A program made the position numbers and the translations under genes. From NCBI GenBank assembly GCA_046538485.1, contig JBKHIT010000090.1:1-13783 (forward strand): 13,783 nucleotides of DNA, given 5' to 3'. The stretch is from Candidatus Brocadiia bacterium. GTDB lineage: Bacteria; Planctomycetota; Brocadiia; SM23-32. Under the pieces are notes generated by a model that was not told where the DNA came from, did no database searches, and saw only the letters and a program-made list of their open reading frames with translations. This document shows, piece by piece, positions 9,148 through 13,783 of this stretch (position 1 is its first letter; each line of letters begins with the position of its first letter).

Positions 9148-9191
9148 AGGTGATTTCACCGAGCTATCTTCTTTTTGCGAAAGGAACTGCG

Positions 9192-9998
9192 TTGGTTTCA
9201 AAACCCATCTATAATGCTCACAACCTGGAATCGGCATACCAGCTCCGCTACGATTGGACCTGCTGGCCATCGCGGGAATCGACTTTCCCGCCCGACTTTG
9301 GACATTTAATAGAGCAGACCAAAGATGTCTGGGAGAACGATGGGTTGCGGTTGCTGGAAAGCAATGTGTCTTCGCAACAAACTCAGCTTCTTTTCAGCGT
9401 CACACCACAGGTCTCGGCCGTATTCTGCACGCAACGTGCCAAGGGCCGCCTTCAATATGCCGCACGGCAGGCTGGTTCTCCGATAAAGTTCAGCCGGAAG
9501 CTCTCCTTGCGCACGGTGGGTAACGCCCACAGCAAGGAAATGCTTAGATACATTGAGCGGCAGGCTCTTGACAGTCGTTATCTTGATCAGGGCTTTCGAG
9601 AAAGACTCGAGGATTTTGTCGTGGTATCCCCCGAAGTTGATCTTTCCCTCCCCACTGAAACTCGAGGTGGTCGATATTGGTATAATCTGCACCTGGTCCT
9701 TACCACTCAACAAAGATATCTCATCACTGATAGCGATCAGCTGGGCCGAATTCGCGATATGAGCTTCAAAATTGCCGACAAAAAGGGGTATAGAATTGCG
9801 TCTCTTTCGGCCATGCCGGATCATCTTCATATTGCCCTTCGCGGTAATATACAGCACAGTCCGGAGGAAGTCGCTCTCGGATTCCAGAACAATTTGGCAT
9901 ATGTGCTTGGCCAGAACGCCGTGTGGAATTACAGCTATTATGTGGGGTCTTTCAGTGAATACAATATGGAGGCCATTCGTCGTGCTTTGAGACCGTAG
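9192..9998 (+). CDS. tnpA: Tandem double-domain Y1 HUH transposase (IS200/IS605 TnpA-like)
   Basis: Domain 2: YNLHLVLTT, MPDHLH, VWNYSYYVGS. Domain 1: AKGR, LRTVG...LRYIERQ. A TTG start at 9192 follows SD AAGGA (9181-9185); the ORF-track start at 9099 lies within the hairpin block. Confidence 0.88.
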   Translation: MVSKPIYNAHNLESAYQLRYDWTCWPSRESTFPPDFGHLIEQTKDVWENDGLRLLESNVSSQQTQLLFSVTPQVSAVFCTQRAKGRLQYAARQAGSPIKFSRKLSLRTVGNAHSKEMLRYIERQALDSRYLDQGFRERLEDFVVVSPEVDLSLPTETRGGRYWYNLHLVLTTQQRYLITDSDQLGRIRDMSFKIADKKGYRIASLSAMPDHLHIALRGNIQHSPEEVALGFQNNLAYVLGQNAVWNYSYYVGSFSEYNMEAIRRALRP

Positions 9999-10006
9999 GG
10001 AGCGGG

Positions 10007-10202
10007 ATCTTCTTCACCTGCCGGACAAGCCGGCAGGGGCCGTTTGTTTTGGGGCACGGATTTCTAGCCCACGAATCTGCGTCTCCTGCCACTCAAGGTG
10101 GCAGGGGGACGATAGCCTCGTACCGCCGGCGAGAGAAATTGGCCGGTTAGAGAATGGCCGCCAGGCGCAGCCGCGACCCCCGCGGCCTCGCGCCGCGGGT
10201 GA
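10007..10202 (+). repeat. 196-bp direct repeat copy 2
   Basis: Identical to 8952-9147; starts 9 nt after the transposase stop. Confidence 0.95.
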
Positions 10203-10271
10203 GAGAGATTAGCCGGCTAGAGAATGGGCCGTCACGCGCAAGGACGACCCCCGCGGCCTCGCGCCGCGGGT
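10131..10271 (+). repeat. Two diverged tandem ~70-bp units (A 10131-10200, B 10201-10271), each ending in hairpin H3
   Basis: Both read GAGAGA.ATT.GCCGG.TAGAGAATGG...CGACCCCCGCGGCCTCGCGCCGCGGGT. About 10 differences, all 5' of the invariant hairpin segment. Confidence 0.9.
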
Positions 10272-10317
10272 GAAGGTGATTTCACCGAGCTATCTTCTTT
10301 TTGCGAAAGGAACTGCG

Positions 10318-10450
10318 TTGGTTTCAAAACCCATCTATAATGCTCACAACCTGGAATCGGCATACCAGCTCCGCTACGATTGGACCTGCTGGCCATCGCG
10401 GGAATCGACTTTCCCGCCCGACTTTGGACATTTAATAGAGCAGACCAAAG
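10318..10450 (+). pseudogene. Truncated second copy of the transposase 5' end (about 44 codons)
   Basis: Identical to 9192-9324. It diverges after CAGACCAAAG and the frame stops at 10482. Confidence 0.9.
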
Positions 10451-10474
10451 GTGGGGAACGAATCTTCGAGCTTC

Positions 10475-10483
10475 TGTTATAAT
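10475..10483 (+). promoter_or_regulatory. Putative extended -10 promoter (TGnTATAAT) upstream of the prepilin-like gene
   Basis: TGTTATAAT is a perfect consensus match; a second TATAAT lies at 10581-10586. Confidence 0.4.
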
Positions 10484-10609
10484 AAGCATGGAGAAAACAA
10501 CGGTGATCTACACGCACGAATATACGAAACACGCGTGTACGCCGAATGATACTGCGGTAGCTGTGTCCTTATTTCTGGATTATAATATTTTCTTATGAGG
10601 GAAAGGGCC

Positions 10610-11413
10610 ATGTATAAACAATCTTTCCATAGGAAACCTGGCTTCACGCTCATAGAATTGTTGGTGGTCATTGCCATCATCGCCATCCTGGCAGCGATGC
10701 TGATGCCGGCGCTGGAGCGGGCACGCGAAGGGGCTCGCCAAGCTGCGTGCAGAAGCAACCTGCACCAGATTGGACTGGGGGGTATGATGTATCAGAACGA
10801 TTACGATGGAACATTGCCCATCAGCACCGAGTGGAGTCAGTCTTTCGGCCCCAAACTATACAGTAAGGAGTATGACAACGGGGGGGGTAATGATAACATA
10901 TGGGGCGAGGAATTCGTCTACCTGGCCTGCAATTATTGCGGGGCGCAGGACTATCCGAACAAACCTCGTCCCGGCCCTATCGGCGTATTTTGGTGTCCGT
11001 CCAAGGAGTTCAAAGAAGATTTGAAGATCGCGAACCAACCGTATGTCGCGGGCAACGCCGTGGCCATTCATTATGCGCGTGATGGGCAGGCCTACCCGCT
11101 CTCACAGGATGTCCAGGACGAATCGAAGGATGTCTACGGTGGCGAATATGACACCGGTCCGGTGCGGCCGATGAAAGCAATGAGCCCCAGCAGGTGGCCG
11201 GTATTCTTCGACGAAGAGGTGTATTCAGACGACCGCTACGGAGTGGTGGACAACCATCCCGATAAACGACTGAACGCTCTGTACATGGACGGCAGCGTCG
11301 ACAGCCAGATTGGCGACGTAGGATTCCGCGGTAATAATTACGGCCAGCCGAACGGAAGTTTCGTTGTCTGGTTCCTGCCCTACGTCCGAACCGCACCCAT
11401 GCCCTACCGTTGA
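10610..11413 (+). CDS. Prepilin-type N-terminal cleavage/methylation domain protein (DUF1559 / H-X9-DG-type, PVC family)
   Basis: [32 protein letters not shown]...C.SNL.QIG, FWCPS and C-terminal [15 protein letters not shown]. Start is 10610 or 10595. Confidence 0.92.
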   Translation: MYKQSFHRKPGFTLIELLVVIAIIAILAAMLMPALERAREGARQAACRSNLHQIGLGGMMYQNDYDGTLPISTEWSQSFGPKLYSKEYDNGGGNDNIWGEEFVYLACNYCGAQDYPNKPRPGPIGVFWCPSKEFKEDLKIANQPYVAGNAVAIHYARDGQAYPLSQDVQDESKDVYGGEYDTGPVRPMKAMSPSRWPVFFDEEVYSDDRYGVVDNHPDKRLNALYMDGSVDSQIGDVGFRGNNYGQPNGSFVVWFLPYVRTAPMPYR

Positions 11414-11500
11414 ATCGGGCAAAAACATCTTCTGAGCGCTTTCCTGGCGTCAGTGCAGAGAGTTCCTGTGGCGATCTGCTGCCCCGGCAATCTCCTCCTT

Positions 11501-11995
11501 CTATCTGTACCTCTCCCCCAAAAGAACGACACCGTGTTCAGCCATCATGTCCGTCCGCTGAAGGAACTCGTAGTCGGACGTGCGGAATAGCTCTCGTTCG
11601 AGCGCGTTCTGCAGACGCGCACGGTTTTCGGCATGCGCGGGATCCTCAGCCAGATTTTGAAGATCGTACGGGTCCGCAACCGTGTCGATGAGGGAGATCG
11701 GTTCCCAGGAATCTTCAGCTCCTTTGATCGCGTAGATATAGCGTCCGTCGTAGATCCCGCGCCAGGGGGACTGGTTGAGGCGAACCTCATGCTGGTGTGG
11801 ATAGAGTCCGGTCTGCACAGTGGCCCGATACGGGCAGCACACGGGAGAACTCGACACGCAGTTGGTGTATCGCACCCCGTCGGCGGCCAAACGGTCGAAG
11901 TTAGGAGAAATCACGTCGGAATTGCCGTAACAATTCAGCGCCGACCATCGGTGCTGGTCGGACAGGAGGAAAAGGATGTTCGGTTGTTTGTCCAT
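11501..11995 (-). pseudogene. Sulfatase gene with large in-frame internal deletion (164 aa)
   Basis: The N-terminal PNILFLLSDQHR and FGly motif CCPYRATVQTG join directly to the C-terminal WRGIYDGRYIY...DPYDLQNLA. The central catalytic region (e.g. GKWH, SDHG) is absent. Confidence 0.8.
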
Positions 11996-12120
11996 AAGCG
12001 GCGATTATCGTTCTTCTATGTTGAACATTGACAACAGGGCCAAAACGGTCACTGGCCTCACAGGAGAGCGGCTAATGTATCAAAACTACTCTCCCGGCAC
12101 TCTTCGGAAAAACGTGACCA

Positions 12121-13188
12121 TCAGGTCTCTTCCACCGAATCCGGGGGCACCTCGCATGGCAGCAACCAGCGGTCGCGCTTGATGAACCGGCCGTTATGGA
12201 AGGTCTGGCCGATCGTGCCCCGTTGCTCCAGGTGATCAAAACAGCTACGCATGCATCCGCGTGATCCCTCGATACCGTAACTGCCTGCCTCGCCCCAGAT
12301 TTGCAGGCGATGGTGGCCCTCGATCACGTGGCCGGAGGGGAACCGTTTCGAAGCGCGCCAGGTCCCGGTGGACATGGTCCAGGCGAGTTTGTAGGCCGCT
12401 TCCTCGCTCATCTCCTGCTCGGTCACATCAAAATGCCAGCCGGGCAACTCCCGGTGGATGAACGGCGAGGTCATGGGATCGCCGCCGTGATAGCTCAGGG
12501 TACACCGTCCCATGTGGACGTCCCCCCATTCGTATTCGTACTCGCCGATGCGCACCGATACGGTCTTACCTTCGCGCTGATGCGGTATGGCGCAGGCCGA
12601 ACACCCCTGGACGCACGACATGCAGCGATCGCAGATCGTACCGGGCTCGATCTGAGGATCGGGCTCCAGGTCGGCGTCGGTCAAGATCGCCGCCAGGCGG
12701 ACCCGCGGCCCGAACTCGGGCGTAAGAAACACCTTGGCCCATCCCATCTCCCCCAGACCGGCGGCGACGCCGGCCAGGCGAACGTTCAGGTTGACGTCGG
12801 GCGCGACCCCGCCGGGCCGAAGCGGCTCCCCGCTGGGATCGAAGTCCTCGGGCGTCGGCGACGGATAATACGGCACGGCCTCCCAGCCAAAATCCTCGAT
12901 GTAACACGCCGTCTCGAACATGGGCGTATGGATGAACGTGGTGTTGAGCTGGCCGTGATAACCAAAATACGTGTAGCTCGGCCAATACGTGCCTTCCTCG
13001 ATCCCTCGCCACGTTCCGCGAGGAATGCGTCGAGCCACCACGACCACCGATCTGACCTCCGGGAAGATGGTGGCCGGATGCATGTTGCGAGGGGCCTCCT
13101 CAAACCGCTCGATACTGGCGATCCCGCAGAGGTCGAGCCCCTGGTCCAAAGCAAATTGTTTAATCGTCGCAGCGTCGATTGCGCTCAT
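12121..13188 (-). CDS. Epoxyqueuosine reductase (QueG)/reductive dehalogenase-like cobalamin Fe-S protein
   Basis: GLDLCGIA, AGVAAGLGEMG, LTPEFGPRVRLAAILTDA, CDRCMSCVQGC and GCMRSC. The ATG at 13188 has SD GAGGAG. Confidence 0.8.
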   Translation of the reverse strand: MSAIDAATIKQFALDQGLDLCGIASIERFEEAPRNMHPATIFPEVRSVVVVARRIPRGTWRGIEEGTYWPSYTYFGYHGQLNTTFIHTPMFETACYIEDFGWEAVPYYPSPTPEDFDPSGEPLRPGGVAPDVNLNVRLAGVAAGLGEMGWAKVFLTPEFGPRVRLAAILTDADLEPDPQIEPGTICDRCMSCVQGCSACAIPHQREGKTVSVRIGEYEYEWGDVHMGRCTLSYHGGDPMTSPFIHRELPGWHFDVTEQEMSEEAAYKLAWTMSTGTWRASKRFPSGHVIEGHHRLQIWGEAGSYGIEGSRGCMRSCFDHLEQRGTIGQTFHNGRFIKRDRWLLPCEVPPDSVEET

Positions 13189-13202
13189 CGCGCACTCCTC
13201 TC

Positions 13203-13733
13203 TCACTCAATCTCATAGTTCGTTTCGATGCGACTCTTTCCATTCTGCAGCACCCATGCGGGACGCTTGCGGAACGGATTCATGTAATCGCAGCTGAGAC
13301 GTCCGGAGCGTTCCAGGTAGTCGTAATACGACCGAATGCACACGGCGGCGATGCGGTCCGGTTTCCCGCTGGGATGCCGGTTGTTCGGCCGGGCACCGTT
13401 CTGGCATTCGGCACATTTATCAAAATCAATGCCGGCGACCGTCATGCTCTGTCCGCAGATGTCCAGCGTCTGCTCGCTCTCGGGGTCGATGGCGCCGAGC
13501 GGGCAAAAACGGGCGAACTCGGCCTTGCGCGGACAGATCTCGGGAGGACGAACCGGGGTCGGCTCCAGCTCGGCGTCGGTCAGTATGATGTAGAAGCGCT
13601 GCCGCGTGCCGAATTCCGGCGTGACAAAAGTCTGAAGGTAACCAATCTCGCCGAGTCCGGCCCGGACCGCCGCATCGTCGAAATCAAGCAGCACGTTGGG
13701 AGCGGGCTGGCCTTCACGGACCGGGCACCCTAG
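13203..13733 (-). CDS. 3' part of a second QueG-like paralog; 5' part is outside the window or cut by an insertion
   Basis: PVREGQPAPNV, AAVRAGLGEIG, VTPEFGTRQRF.IILTDAELEP and CPLGAI align with the downstream gene. The frame stays open to the window edge. Confidence 0.75.
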   Translation of the reverse strand, partial: LGCPVREGQPAPNVLLDFDDAAVRAGLGEIGYLQTFVTPEFGTRQRFYIILTDAELEPTPVRPPEICPRKAEFARFCPLGAIDPESEQTLDICGQSMTVAGIDFDKCAECQNGARPNNRHPSGKPDRIAAVCIRSYYDYLERSGRLSCDYMNPFRKRPAWVLQNGKSRIETNYEIE

Positions 13734-13783
13734 CCTGAACTTTACGGATATCCTGCCGTTATCTGGCGTAAGCAATGCTTTAG
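13730..13783. mobile_element. Possible IS terminus preceded by CTAG target site
   Basis: CTAG-CCTGAACTTTACGG. Paralog similarity is lost beyond this point, GC drops, and the 54-nt length mirrors the IS stub at the left end. Confidence 0.4.

Larger units (their letters stand above)
8944..10450 (+). mobile_element. IS200/IS605- or RAYT-like HUH element: one full copy plus a head-to-tail partial second copy
   Basis: Y1 transposase ORF; direct repeats 8952-9147 = 10007-10202 and 9119-9324 = 10245-10450; multiple GC-rich hairpins. The ORF looks lower in GC than the upstream lyase gene. Exact ends are uncertain. Confidence 0.8.

Noticed and set aside
9099..9191. N-terminal extension of the transposase (MAARRS...)
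   Set aside because: Runs through GC hairpin H3; the TTG at 9192 has a better SD.
8952..10271. CRISPR array interpretation of the repeated hairpins
   Set aside because: No identical short repeats separated by unique spacers, the intervening DNA is itself duplicated, and there are no cas genes.
9999..10600. TnpB/IscB partner gene
   Set aside because: No ORF with RuvC or zinc-finger motifs lies next to the transposase.
12301..13218. 305-aa plus-strand ORF
   Set aside because: Antisense shadow of the QueG-like gene.

Overview
Bacterial DNA, probably from the PVC superphylum (Planctomycetota-like). This rests on a DUF1559-type prepilin-like gene, a eukaryote-type UDP-GlcNAc pyrophosphorylase, a sulfatase and a secreted polysaccharide-lyase-like gene. 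The left half is mostly housekeeping: an interrupted comF-like gene, an HDAC-family deacetylase, a Gfo/Idh/MocA oxidoreductase, a UAP-like pyrophosphorylase and serS. The right half is accessory: a 1004-aa heparinase II/III-like protein, a mobile element, a prepilin-like gene, an internally deleted sulfatase and two QueG-like Fe-S genes. The most interesting feature is the element at about 8944-10450. It encodes a tandem double Y1 (IS200/IS605 TnpA-like) HUH transposase in which domain 1 keeps only the catalytic YIxxQ helix and domain 2 keeps only the HUH motif. That pattern fits a single-chain pseudo-dimer with one composite trans active site. It has no TnpB and lies in a head-to-tail duplication with a hairpin-rich noncoding block (8-bp stems, 5-nt loops, compensatory changes). 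Both window ends appear to run about 54 nt into IS termini that interrupt genes. All calls come from motif reading by eye; no database searches were run.
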